This document shows positions 35,138 through 46,924 of a DNA stretch of 64,000 nucleotides, one piece after another (the stretch's first letter is position 1; each line of letters starts with the position of its first letter). The DNA is from Podarcis filfolensis (lineage: Eukaryota): NCBI GenBank assembly GCA_964270895.1, contig OZ185439.1; one strand, given 5' to 3'. A program made the translations under genes and the position numbers. The notes beneath the pieces are model-generated. The model ran no database searches and had not been told where the DNA came from. It worked only from the letters and a program-made list of their open reading frames with translations.

Positions 35138-36764
35138 AAACATTTTGTCTGTCCTAAAGCAGCTGCTGATCACCAAGTTCTCATGTTCATCCTTTTCATC
35201 ACTCTCTCTATACCAACATTTCTGAGGCGCTCTTCCGTTTCTGCTTGCTTTGGTTTTCCTTGTGAACTAATAAGTGCTAACCTAGTTTATTCTTTCTTCA
35301 TAGAGAATATGCTCTAACCTTTATAAAAGTTGTTCTTTTCTAAACCTTTTCCAGCCCTTTTAAATGGGTGTGTACACCTAGAAATGTATACATTTGTACC
35401 GCAATGTATAAAATTGCACTACAATATATTCCACTATGACATGGCAATACTTGCTGTTTTGTAAGCTGTCCCCTTACTGAGTGGAGTAAGCGCCCTCACT
35501 TAAAGACAGCCTTTATTCCCTGCAAGAGCCATCAATCGTGATATAAAAGTTAAAGGAAATAGAGCTGGTTAATGTAACAGTTAAGTATTGTTAAGCCACG
35601 CAGACGGGTGCGTATTTTAGCCAGAATGGTCAGAAAGCTGACTGCATTTTATCACTCAATATGAAGATTTGTTTTAAAAGTATATGGTTTTTGAGGCAGT
35701 GCAGGATAGAAGAGATAAAAGTGAAAGAGTGACCTCTTCTGGCCAACAGGAAAATAGGCAGCTCTCTCCCATTCACGGCATATCCTTCATGTAACTGCAC
35801 AGTTTTGACAGAATTTCGCTTTTGTACGTTAAACCAATCAAAATCTGCCTGTTTGCCTGGCTTTAGAGGCCTGCATAATTGCCTCGGGAAATGAGATCCT
35901 TTCTAATATGTTTTGCCAATATTTGACGATCCTGCTTGCCAGTCTTGGGAAAAGAACAGACAAAGCTCAGAAAACTCTTTCTGTCGGCAGGTTGCAGTAT
36001 CTCTTGGTTTGAAATGATGACCATGGTGCTCTTGCAATGTCAAGAAAAAATAGAAGAAATCAAGATTCACTGTGAATGGGGGGCAGTTAAGATCACTAAT
36101 GGGCCCTTCAGATGTGGGGAATATTGTGTTCATTTTCCTGATGATAATGCTAGTGCTTCTGTCTCATTTTCTAACTTTCCTTTCACATGGCAGTGCCTGT
36201 TGCATTATGGAGCTTATTGACCGATTATACTGGCATGTCATGCTAAATGTCATTCACACCAGTGTGTGTGAGGTGACACAACAAGGAATGTCATTGTAGA
36301 ACATCACTACTCCTGCACCTTTTCTGCACGTGTGTGCTCCTTAACAAACTACATTTTCCAATATGCTTTTGGGGAAGACATGGCAGTTCACCAGCAGTTA
36401 TGATTGTGCGTATGAGGCCTTGGTTGATGTGGAAACAAAGTGACTTCTGATTTGAGTCCCCACTGATAGTGAAGTGGATTTGTTTTGCTACTAAATCCCA
36501 AACATTGCAAAGCCTCCGGTACAGTGCAATTCCCTGCTTTAGGGCCGGATGGAAAAAGGAATAAGAATATTGCCCTTCATGGAAAAGGCACTCACAAGAA
36601 AGGAAGAAAACAATGGAAAAATATATGTTAATTCACTGAAAAAGCCAGTGGGCTTTAAAAATCAGACCCAGATAATTTTTATTCGAATATTTCAGCTGTA
36701 CACTCTCACTCACCTACTCTTCCCCTTAAGGTTTTGTCAGGAATATCCTGATTTGCATCACTGA

Positions 36765-36787
36765 ACACACACACACACACACACACA
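36765..36787. repeat. (AC)n microsatellite
   Basis: Direct observation. Confidence 0.9.
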
Positions 36788-37527
36788 GTATTAAAAATTC
36801 ATAATAAAGATTCATAAGCTAAAACGGTAAGATTGTGGAAAGCCCCATTGAACTCAGTGAGAATTACTTCTGAGTTGACATGTATAAGATTGCAGTATTA
36901 AATAAACAAAGTATTTCTTTATGGAGGTGGGACCAAGTAATTAAAAACAAAATCCCTAAAAGCTAACATTAAATGGAAATCCTTCCAGTCTCTGCCCTAT
37001 TATACCATAAAGACCAGAGATTTCTTCACAGGTTGGCTTTTTTTGAGATTTTAGAACTCTACTTAGGAAAAACCTCTTTAACACACATCACTTAGGTGTG
37101 TGGCTTTTTATTGCCAGAGTAAGGAAAGACTTCATTTAATGGACTGAAGACATCAGAAGTGACACACCTAAGCAGTGCACTTTGATGGAGATCTGCCTTT
37201 TCCAATCTGCACCTAGTAAACTGGGCACATTTGCTTAGGCCAAATGGGCAAGAGGTGTCTGCAGCACAGACTTCCCCCTGCTCTGAGTGTTAATTTAAAC
37301 AAAACCCCAAATGGTTCCCAAAATAGAACAGATGTTCCTTAACTCGGCAATCAATTCCAAGCATGTCGGCCTAAGCCTCCCGCCCCCACTACCATAGTCA
37401 CTTAACATGTCTGGATCTGATTTAAACGTTTGTAAACTATGAAAAACTCAAATGCACAGACCTTGTGCTCTACAGATATTTGGCTGGGGTGGAGGAAGGA
37501 ACATAGACTCCATTGTATTGCCTAGTG

Positions 37528-37664
37528 CAGGCATCCGCAAACTCAGCCCTCCAGATGTTTTGGGACTACAACTCCCATCATCCCTAGCTAACAGGACCAG
37601 TGGTCAGGGATGATGGGAACTGTAGTCTCAAAAACATCTGGAGGGCTGAGTTTGGGGATGCCTG
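37528..37664. mobile_element. Palindromic hAT MITE, best-preserved copy
   Basis: caggcatcc...ggatgcctg TIR; arms are inverted over nearly the whole length; TSD gcctagtg/gcctagta (7/8). Confidence 0.9.
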
Positions 37665-37709
37665 GCCTAGTAAAATAATAGACAAGCACAGAGGCTTAAA
37701 AGACATATA

Positions 37710-37875
37710 CAGTGGTACCTCTGGTTACAAACTTAATTCATTCTGGAGGTCTGTTCTTAACCTGAAACCATTCTTAACCACGCGATTTCTGTTTTCATCC
37801 TGGGGCAAAGTTCTTAATCCGAGGTACTACATCCGGGTTAGTGGAGTCTGTAACCCAAAGTGTTTGTAACCACTG
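37710..37875. mobile_element. Tc1/mariner (Tigger/pogo-type) MITE, family A, deleted copy
   Basis: TA|cagtggtacctc ... cactg|TA; homologous to 46383-46613 with internal deletions. Confidence 0.85.
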
Positions 37876-38229
37876 TAACAGGAGTTGTTTGGTGATGTGC
37901 ATATTTCCAAGTGACCCATAAACTATATGCACATGGCAGCTGCCAGGTGCTGGCCAGTTGGCTTCCAGTCTGATGCAATGCTGCTGCTGAGCAAGCCCAT
38001 TGGCTTGCTAGTGTGATGGTGAACTTGGCAGCTGCAGCATCAGTGGGGTCCGCATCGTTACAGCAGTGTTAACCAGCTTTGCCTGCACCCATCCTGCCTG
38101 AATGCAGCAAGGTGGCTTTACATCAGTTGCCACAGAGACTCAGTAGGATTTTATTTTATTTTAATATCTATGTGACCTCTGGTTGTTGAACCCACATATT
38201 TGCTTGACCTATGCTGTTAACTGCTAGCA

Positions 38230-38615
38230 GGGGCAAGTTCAATTTAGTTGATAATCACTGATCACCCCTGTTGGGTGGTGCAGGCACTGTGCATAGCTAT
38301 AAAAGGTGAGCACTTGAGGTGGAGGGGCAATAGAAAGGCCACCTCTCATTGCTAGCCAGCTCAAGTGGCTGTGGAAAGGGTTTCAGTCCCTTGAATGCTG
38401 ACCAGCAGAGTGTGGAGCAGACAGGGCCTTTCATCTGACCTTTAGGTGATGGTGGTTTGGCTGGAACTAGGGTGGTATCTCATCTAGATTTTCTGATGTC
38501 TGAAATAGATCCCCACATGCCCAGTGTTTCCTGTTTGCTTTTTGCAGTTGGTTCTTGAGTTTTAATAAAGTTGTGGCCCTTTGTATGCTGTCTCATGTCT
38601 TTGTTCCTTTGGAAG
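38230..38615 (+). mobile_element. Second DIRS/LTR-like terminal remnant (old)
   Basis: Shares the exact 15-mer aataaagttgtggcc (38564-38578) with 24611-24625 plus a downstream GT-rich tract; upstream tataaaag; boundaries uncertain. Confidence 0.4.
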
Positions 38616-41074
38616 TGGGGCAGTTGTCACATTTTTACGGGTTGCCTAGTGACACCAAAAACCATGTGGGCAAAAGGAGGATAAAGAAATGTGTAACCAC
38701 CAAAGTCCACCATAAGTTGCAACAACCTCTTGCCGTCATTCTTAATCATAAACCCAGACCGTATCAGTCATCCATTCATAATAAGTATTTCATATGTTAT
38801 TTTTAAAAGGACAAAGAGTAGCAACTTCCCAACAGGACACAGAACTCCCGTGCAATTTTGTGTACAGCATGATTGCCTCAGAGCCTCCGAAGAAGGCTTC
38901 CTTTAATCAAAAACAAACCCCACTGAGTCTCAAAGGTCATCATTTAGGGGGTTCGCCTGACCTAGCCTTTGTATAAAGCAGATGGCTCTGCTTTGTGGCA
39001 ATTAGTAAGCAGGAACTGTGGTGTCTGGTTCTATCTTCTGATTCTCTGTTTATATGAAGTTATGTGAAACTGGAACCTCTTTGAAAGTCAAGCTGTACTG
39101 AACCCATTTAAGGCTATTTCATTTCTAATTATAGGACTGATAAAGCCATTTTCATGCAAGAGCAGGAACACTGTGGGGACTGTCAAACTTCTGAACACCC
39201 CGTCAATGGCAGGTGGTCTGATTGTTTGAAAGGCTATCACTGTCCATGATAACCTTTACATGTGGGGGTGGAAATCTCATTTTGATTAGAAAAGTAACCG
39301 TTCTCCATGAAGTTAAAGTAATCTGAACTTTTACCTGTGTCAGTGTGCAATACTATTTTCCACAAGGAAAAAGAAGTCAGACCACTATATAAGACAACAT
39401 AAATCCACCAGCATCTTCAGAAAGGGTCCTTCAATATTGGTACCAATGGTAAAACTCTCTTGGGAAGAAAAAAATGACAAAGCTCTATTGACTGTTGGCT
39501 CTACCTTCCCATATTTTGGGTGCTTCCTCATGACAGTTCATTGTGGACTCAGTGCTACTCATGGTACACAAGTCCCCTCCCCCCCAATTTAATCCATATT
39601 TATTGTTTCTGCAGAAAATCCAGTAAGTTGTTTTTTTTAATGAAAATGTGAAAGATTAAATTGAGGGGGGGGGGAGAATATGCAATAGGATGACATTGTG
39701 TGGATGCGGTGCAAAACTTCGATGCAGCACTGAGTTTCTGGGCTGCCAACTGAGGGGCAGGGTGCTATTTTCAGGAGCAAATGGTTGTTCCTTATATTTT
39801 GACCAAAGACAGATTTTCCTCTCACTATTCCACACACTATTCCCACATAAATGTCAATCATGATTACTTTGAAATGGATAGTTCCCAGTCTGGGCATGCC
39901 TTGAAAGCAGACTGAACCATTCATAAAAATAATTTGTAACTGGAGTGACCTAAAGCACAATGCCTATTAGATGGGTTCAGACTGGAATGTTATATTTCAA
40001 AATGTACCTAAAGATTACTAGATGAACCATATTTTAAAGAAATAGGCCAAGGAAGTTTCAACAGATGTCCTTACAGCAGAAAAGTCCAGTATGCTATAAT
40101 CTGTAGTGAAAACTGCATGATTCCTTGTTTTTAATTATTTATTCTGGCCACTCAAGGCAAATTCCAATGTCAAATTTTACACTGAAATCATTTGGAATGT
40201 AAGTTTTTTCCATCACTCTTACAAATTCAGGTGTGGATGTATCTAGATTGTTTTCAGTGTCTGTTTTTAAACTGCAGATGGGGGAAGTTGCAGAAACCAA
40301 CATATTCCTTTCTTTATTTCAGCTGCTTCGGCATAAACCTGTATCAAATGATATCTGCATCCTTGCTCTCTCTGCAAACTTCCTGATATCTTATCATAGT
40401 ACAGCTCATGGAGGGATTATTTGGCTATCAATGGACAGCCTCAGATTTGCATGGTCATTGTCCTTTTCTACAAGAGCTCACAGGGGAAGCCTAGCTAAGG
40501 CAGCAATTCAAGCACCTTGGAGCACTCACAGGACCTTGGACAGCTCCTAGGGTCCTTCTATGGTAGCTTCCCAAGCTGCCGTCTCTCCAAAGGGCCCAGC
40601 TTCAACTGATTTCTTATCTACATTGGCTGGACCACAGGGCAGTAAGCCCTGCCTCCCCAGGGGAGCTGCCTGTCTATTAATGGACCATCACCTTATTCTG
40701 CAGTCTTTGGTTCCTACAGGATTGGGTAACATGGAAGCTTCCGCTCAATCAAAGGAGGGTGCCAAGGCTGTGTTTTCTGGCCAGGAGAGTCCTAAAGATA
40801 GTCGTGGAAGTTCTTTCCCCAAGGACTGGGTATGAGCACTGTCCTCTTCTGTATCCACTGCACACTGCATGGTCTCTGGGTTGTGGATCATGGCAGATGT
40901 CACCACTGTTCCACAAACATTAGGGCTGTTCCCATTTTTTCCTGTGGAATTTTACTTTGCTGTGCTGGATGGCAATAAAGATGCCCTCAAAGATTGGAGG
41001 TGGCAGAATTTCCATTGAAAATATGGAGATGGTGTTGGGGATTTGTGTTTAATTTTATGAGGTTGCACTAAAGC

Positions 41075-41076
<2 letters not shown>

Positions 41077-41132
<56 letters not shown>
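41077..41132. repeat. Compound (CT)n(AT)n microsatellite
   Basis: Direct observation. Confidence 0.95.
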
Positions 41133-41860
41133 TGATTGATTGTGTGTTTGTATGTGTGATTTCATCCAGCCTACTATAGTTTCAGGAAGTGGACAATATT
41201 CAAAGTCCTGATACACTCCAGCTGGATTTTCTGTACCAGTCTTAATGTACAATAATGTCATTTCTATTCAGCGGTTTTCTACAATGTGATAGCAGGAAAA
41301 ACTACAGTGAGATCATTCCCCATAAAAGTTTCTGAGTTTGTTGTAAATGAGAGGAGACATGGCACCCTGAACCACATCATATCCACATTAACAGCAGTCA
41401 CAAACAGGCTATTCCAAAAATGTTGCTCCAAAGAGACTGTTTGTGAACAACTCAGCAAGATACTACTCTTCTGATTGAGACATCAGGAATTTTCTTGCAC
41501 AGCTGCAGCATTGACAGTAACTGAAAAGGAAGAAAAAATATGTGATTGTAAGCCACGGGTGCACCAGATCTTGACACACTGCTCAGATCTATCTGAAATG
41601 GCAAACACTTGAAGATGGCCCACATCAACACAATGAATGGGAAGGAACCCATCCATCAAAATGTAGGGCATTTCTTTCAACACTGGCTAAGTACCACTGA
41701 CCTGTTTCCCATTAAGTGGATGAGCTGAAATGTATGCCAAAGTGTTCATGGGATAGAAGGAAATATTTGAAAGCAAACCATTGAAAAATGGCACAGAAAG
41801 CTTCCCAGATACCTTTCTCTTTTTCTGCCCAAATAAAGCCCTTACTAAACATCTGTCACT

Positions 41861-42279
41861 TAAGGATGGACAGAAATAAGATTCAGTTTGCATTTAAAGG
41901 CAAACCTTTTTCATTCACACTTCCTGAAATAATACATTAACTGAAACACAGCCATCCATAAAAAAATCACATTTCTCTGAATTTTGCGATGTAGTTCTCC
42001 AGCCAAGTCATGTGTTCAAAAATGCAAATACTTGGGGAAGGTGTGCACAGAAATGCATATAACATAGAAAATGCATTATATTAGGGGGAAATGCTTTGCA
42101 AAAATGTGAATATTAGGGGAAATAGAATACAAACACATGCACATTAGGAGAAATATGCACTAACAGTTCCACGAGGACTTAAAAAAAATACAAACTGACA
42201 CGAAAATGTGGAAAACTAAATTTAAGATTGGAAATTCAAGAAACTAAGAGAAACCAAAACTGATAGATTTTCCCATCAT
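41861..42279. mobile_element. TAGGGATG-ended hAT MITE
   Basis: Colinear similarity to 25633-26057 (ttgcatttaaag...tgaaacacagccatcc...tattaggggaaa). Confidence 0.75.
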
Positions 42280-43083
42280 ATTACACTTTCATCTTCCCAA
42301 TCTCTGCTTCTGGGTAAATTGCTTACCTGCTGGAAGGCTTCAGCAAGATTTCTAGGCTGTTAACATTCACCCTAGACCCATCTTCATGCATTTAAATCAG
42401 CAGGCATGCAGAGAAGTGGGCATATATGAGGGGCCCACCCTTATAATCCCCACATATGTCAGTTGCAGCTGCCCCACCCTGGTCTTCCTGTGCTGAGCAG
42501 AAAGGCCAGAAGAAAGCTTTGAATTGTGTTTGTCCGAAGGCATTCCCCTCACTGTCAGCAAAACCGATAGCTTCTAAGTATGTTCAACTGAACGCACTTA
42601 GACGTCTCATTCAGGCCTTCCCATACATGGTGCAGGTGGGGACAAGGATGTAGTGGGGTAGCCGGCATATAGTCAACCCCTCAGGGGTGGCACATCTCAT
42701 TTTTCCACTTGAGGCAAAATGGAACCTGCTGCCTTGCCCTGCCCTGCCACTCCCACAGGGCTGCAGCCTTGGTACCTTCAGCCACCACAGTTAGTTAAAC
42801 AGCAGAACTGACTCTGCACCACCTACACACTTTATGCTCAGCTGTGGTCAAAGGAGACATGAAAAATGAGAAATCATAAAGTACCTTGGCATAAGCAAAA
42901 TTGTGGTATCATATAACATTGTCTACATATGCTAAGATTTGGGGTGGGGGATACAATTTTTAAATAAATAATGTTGTGGGTTGAAGCAGAAGTTTATACA
43001 TGCAGGTACTTTTCACAACACTTGTTCTTCAGTCACACATCCTTTTAATGGATATCTGTTGAAGAAATGCCATTGCCATCCAA

Positions 43084-43273
43084 CAGGGATGCCAACCTGA
43101 ATAAAATATTGTGGGGGCCCAGGTAAGCCCCATCCTGCATAATCAATCATGTGATGCAGTGCACACACACCATTCGAATGGGAATGCCCATCAACTTTGT
43201 GTGGGCTCGGCCCCCTCAAATATTTTATTGTGGGAACTGAAGCCCCCATGGCCCCTAGGAGTTAGCTCCCATG
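43084..43273. mobile_element. hAT-like MITE with asymmetric CA....CCAAC termini
   Basis: cagggatgccaac ... gttagctcccatg; flanks ccatccaa/ccacccca (6/8). Confidence 0.6.
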
Positions 43274-44326
43274 CCACCCCATGTTCTGTGAGGCGTTCTT
43301 TTGAGTAATCACTGGGTGTGATCATAAGATAAGAATTGCATTAGAAGTGGTAAGGCAGGGGGTCCTTCAACCAATAGCATATGTTCCTTTTCCTCTGGCA
43401 CACCTTTTCTATATCCCCTCAAAAACCTGGTAGGTTTCTGCAGTCATGTATCAGAAGTAGATTAGTTGCAAGATGTGAGGCTGGATTGGTTCAGTCTCTT
43501 GCCATCTAAAAGTAGAAATAGCAACACCCAATGGACATTGTGATTCTCCTTTGGCTCAGGGCATCTTTGAGCCACCATTCTAGTAGCTGACCTTCACTTG
43601 GGAACTGGAAGTATAGCATTGCACCAGTTTCCTCACTGGGCATCCTGTGCATCCCACGGCCTGTGGTGCAGCCACTTCTGATTCATCCCAGAATGGTCTT
43701 AGCGTCAATCACATAATTTTCATCTAGGTCATCTAATACATTTTTGACTCTTTCCTTAAAGCTAAATATGGATCAACAGCAAGATTAGCATATGTCCTTC
43801 CAAGCAGTACACAAATTTTGATGGTGAATATGAGTCAACAACTACTTCTACTGAGCTGTCTTTTTTTTTAGTAAAATAAAATTAGGTATAAAGACAAAAT
43901 CAAAATGTCTATTAGAATCGTACGTTGCTCGCCTTGGGCTAATTTCTAGTGTGATATCTTTTGTAGTTGAAATGAAGAAAAAAGAGTATCATTGATCTGA
44001 CAATACTATAGTTATCCTCTAACGTTTCTTTTAAACTCTTCATGGGCATCTGTAACAATTCTTAACTTCAGTTTTAGTCCTTAATGCAAATTTACACACA
44101 ACTGGAGGTGAATTTCTTGGTCATCTTGTGGCACGTAGTCGTGTGGGGCTTCCAGGTATCTTTAAGTTTAAGGGACTCGGTTTTTGAAAACAGAGGGGTC
44201 AACATTCTGCCCCTGAGGGCTACATGTGGCATTGAATGGTGGTCAGGATCCATATGCCAGCGGGCATGGCTAGAACTTGGGGTGATTGTGGTGGAGTTAT
44301 TCAAACACATACACTCATGAGGAAGA

Positions 44327-44382
44327 CATTGCATTGCAGACCAGTTGACCTTGAGGTCCCTTCCAACTCTACAATTCTATGA
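44327..44382 (+). mobile_element. CR1 3' terminal fragment
   Basis: gaggtcccttccaactctacaattctatga ends in the CR1 ATTCTRTG tail motif. Confidence 0.75.
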
Positions 44383-44605
44383 CACATGGCAGAAAGTTGC
44401 TCTTTGGCATTTACATATTCAGGATGAGGTGCAGGAATGAACTTCCTTGTGCACCATCTCCTCCATCACAATTTCACTCCCCATCACAATCATGCTACGA
44501 TATTCAGTGATGGGGAACTTGGCAATAGGGGACATTCAGAGGAAGCGGGAGCACAGGAAGACCCACAAGAGTTGCATGCAGCCCTCAGCCCAGGGGTTGT
44601 CCAAA

Positions 44606-44960
44606 CACATTTTAAAAGGTATCTGCAAGCATGACATGAAAGGTGGCAACATCAACCCCACCATGTGGGAATCCATTGTAGATGACCATAGTGTCTGGAG
44701 ACAGACAGTGAGATCGTGCATCCATAGCAGTGACCAGAGGAGGAATGACTACTGGGAGGAGTGCAGAGAGAAGAAATGCCGCGGTGCATCTGCTGAAGCA
44801 CAACTGGACTTCCTCATCTGCCCCAGCTGCAACAAAACATGCTCCTCCCATATTGGTCTCTACAGCCACAACAGGCACTGTAATCTGTCAACAGTTTGAC
44901 TTCACCCCCCAAATGCACACTCCTTCATGGTCTCCTGAGACAGACAGGTGCCAGCCAACC
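44606..44960 (+). mobile_element. RTE-clade LINE (non-BovB) 3' fragment
   Basis: CKHDMKGGNINPTMWESIVDDHSVWRQTV...FLICPSCNKTCSSHIGLYSHNRHC: RTE ORF C-terminus with a Cys/His finger-like motif; reverse copy at 55449-55750. Confidence 0.8.
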
Positions 44961-46194
44961 AATTCAGAAGCATCACAAGTGATTTTTAAATGGTTGTGCA
45001 TTATTTGTGCATGACACTTTTCAGAGTGGCATGTGGGGAAAAACAGAACCCTGCCCTAAGGATGTTCCAATAGAAATCCCACAGAAGCAAGACAATTTAA
45101 GCCATGCACATCCCTGACGTGTGACGAAATGATAGAAAGAGCACCTTAGACCATATGAAAAGGATCTTTCCCTCCCTACTGTTTAACTACATTCAAGGTG
45201 GTCTGGGACAAGAGGGCATGGTTGATTGATATCCCATACCTTTTGATTTGTAAATTAAGCACTTACATCTATGCATCTGTGCACCTTGTGAATTATTCAG
45301 TACATGTTCATATCTAGCATTTTTAAAGCTATCTCTGTGTCAGCCAGCCTACAGTCAGAAAATACATCAAACCATTCATAGGACTACAAAGATGTGTGCA
45401 AGTTTACATTCAGTGGTGCTGGAGCAGCAGGACTCACCTCAATATTTAAAAGAAGCCCCAGTCCAGTCATATGAGTCCACCTGTGGACTTCCTGAGGAGT
45501 ATATCACTCCTCCTGTATATCACAGTATATCACTGTGTGCCAGTAGTACTAGGGAATAGTCTGAGTCAGACTCACAAATGCTGATTGATGGGCCACTTCC
45601 TAAGTAAGCAGAAGCAACTAATAAAGATGACCTTAGCACACAATTTATGTGCTTCAAGCAATTCAGCTACTTACACTAGAGCCTAGCAAGAGAAGGGTAC
45701 AAAGAGCTTATGCTGGTGATCTCCTCAGTGGGGTGGGGGGGTTGAGTTGAAGGTGAAACTATGGAAGGTGGGATGAGAAGGTAAATCTCTTGTTAACTTC
45801 TTTATAGATACCAGAAGGTCCTACATCCGTGTATGATATAGACCCTTTGTTTTTTTAAAAAACTGTTGTACCCAACTATATTTATTCAAACTTAAAAAGG
45901 TTTATCAAATAAATAAGCAGCAAAGATATCTCTCTCTGTGTTTTAAAAGGCTTGTAAATCATTTAACATCTGCATCCTGTGATTTTTTTTAATTGTGGAG
46001 GAGAAACTGTGATCCCACCATTTCTCTATTTTTGACAATATTCTCCTCCTCTAAGTAAAGCAACTCTCCCTTGCAAAAATGAGCTGAGTCCAAAAATGTG
46101 CACAAAATGTGAGTGTGTTTGCTGCTCCATAATTCTGCTGATGTTAACACAGGTGCCCTACTTTTTTACTAGCTTTTTTTTCTTAACGGAGTAT

Positions 46195-46310
46195 TGCTGC
46201 ATTCAGGTACTGCTTGCAGGCTTCTCATGGGTCTCTGGGCAGCTGTTGTGAGAACAGGATGCTGAACTAGATGGTCCATGGCCTGATCCAGCAGAACTCC
46301 TCTTACGTTC
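46195..46310 (+). mobile_element. CR1-type LINE 3' fragment
   Basis: gagaacaggatgctgaactagatggtccatggcctgatccagcag...cttacgttc, the reverse of 5240/23097. Confidence 0.7.
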
Positions 46311-46382
46311 CTTCACCCAATTCATTTCCGATTTCTCAGGAAAAAATGCAAACATAAGATCTGCTGTATCTTATGAGATATA

Positions 46383-46613
46383 CAGTGATACCTCTGGTTA
46401 AGAACTTAATTCGTTCTGGAGGTCCGTTCTTAACCTGAAACTGTTATTAACCTAAGGTACCACTTTAGCTAATGGGGCCTCCCACCACTGCCGCGTGATT
46501 TCTGTTCTCATCCTGAAGCAAAGTTCTTAACCTGAGGTACTATTTCTGGGTTAGCGGAGTCTGTAACCTGAAGCGTCAGTAACCTGAAGCGTCTGTAACC
46601 CAAGGTACCACTG
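46383..46613. mobile_element. Tigger/pogo-type MITE, family A
   Basis: TA|cagtgatacct ... aggtaccactg|TA. Confidence 0.9.
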
Positions 46614-46685
46614 TAGAATGTTTGCTGTTATGCATTATTAGCAATGCATCTCTTTTTTAGTATATAAAATGTTTTATTCAAAATA

Positions 46686-46924
46686 CAGTACCTTGGTTTT
46701 CAGATGTCTCCATTGCCAAACTTTTCAGAACCCAAATGCCGAAAACCCAGAAGTAAATGCTTCCATTTTCAAATGCACCTTGGAAGCCAAACAGCTTCTG
46801 CTGAGTGTACCACTGTATTTTTCTCAATTTTCTTCCGACCACTCATTGCGCCTCAGTTTTCAAACATTTCGAAAGTTGAATGGTCTTTCGGAATGGATTA
46901 CGTTCAAAAACCAAGGTACCACTG
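46686..46924. mobile_element. Tigger/pogo-type MITE, family B
   Basis: TA|cagtaccttggtttt ... aaaaccaaggtaccactg|TA; interior unrelated to family A. Confidence 0.85.

Noticed and set aside
41483-41683. EQCVKIWCTR, resembling a WD40 repeat end
   Set aside because: Single short motif, no donor site, in-frame stop soon after, no further WD repeats.
44447-44899. 150-aa plus-strand ORF as a host gene
   Set aside because: Its C-terminal part is RTE; the N-terminal part is read-through from unrelated flanking sequence.
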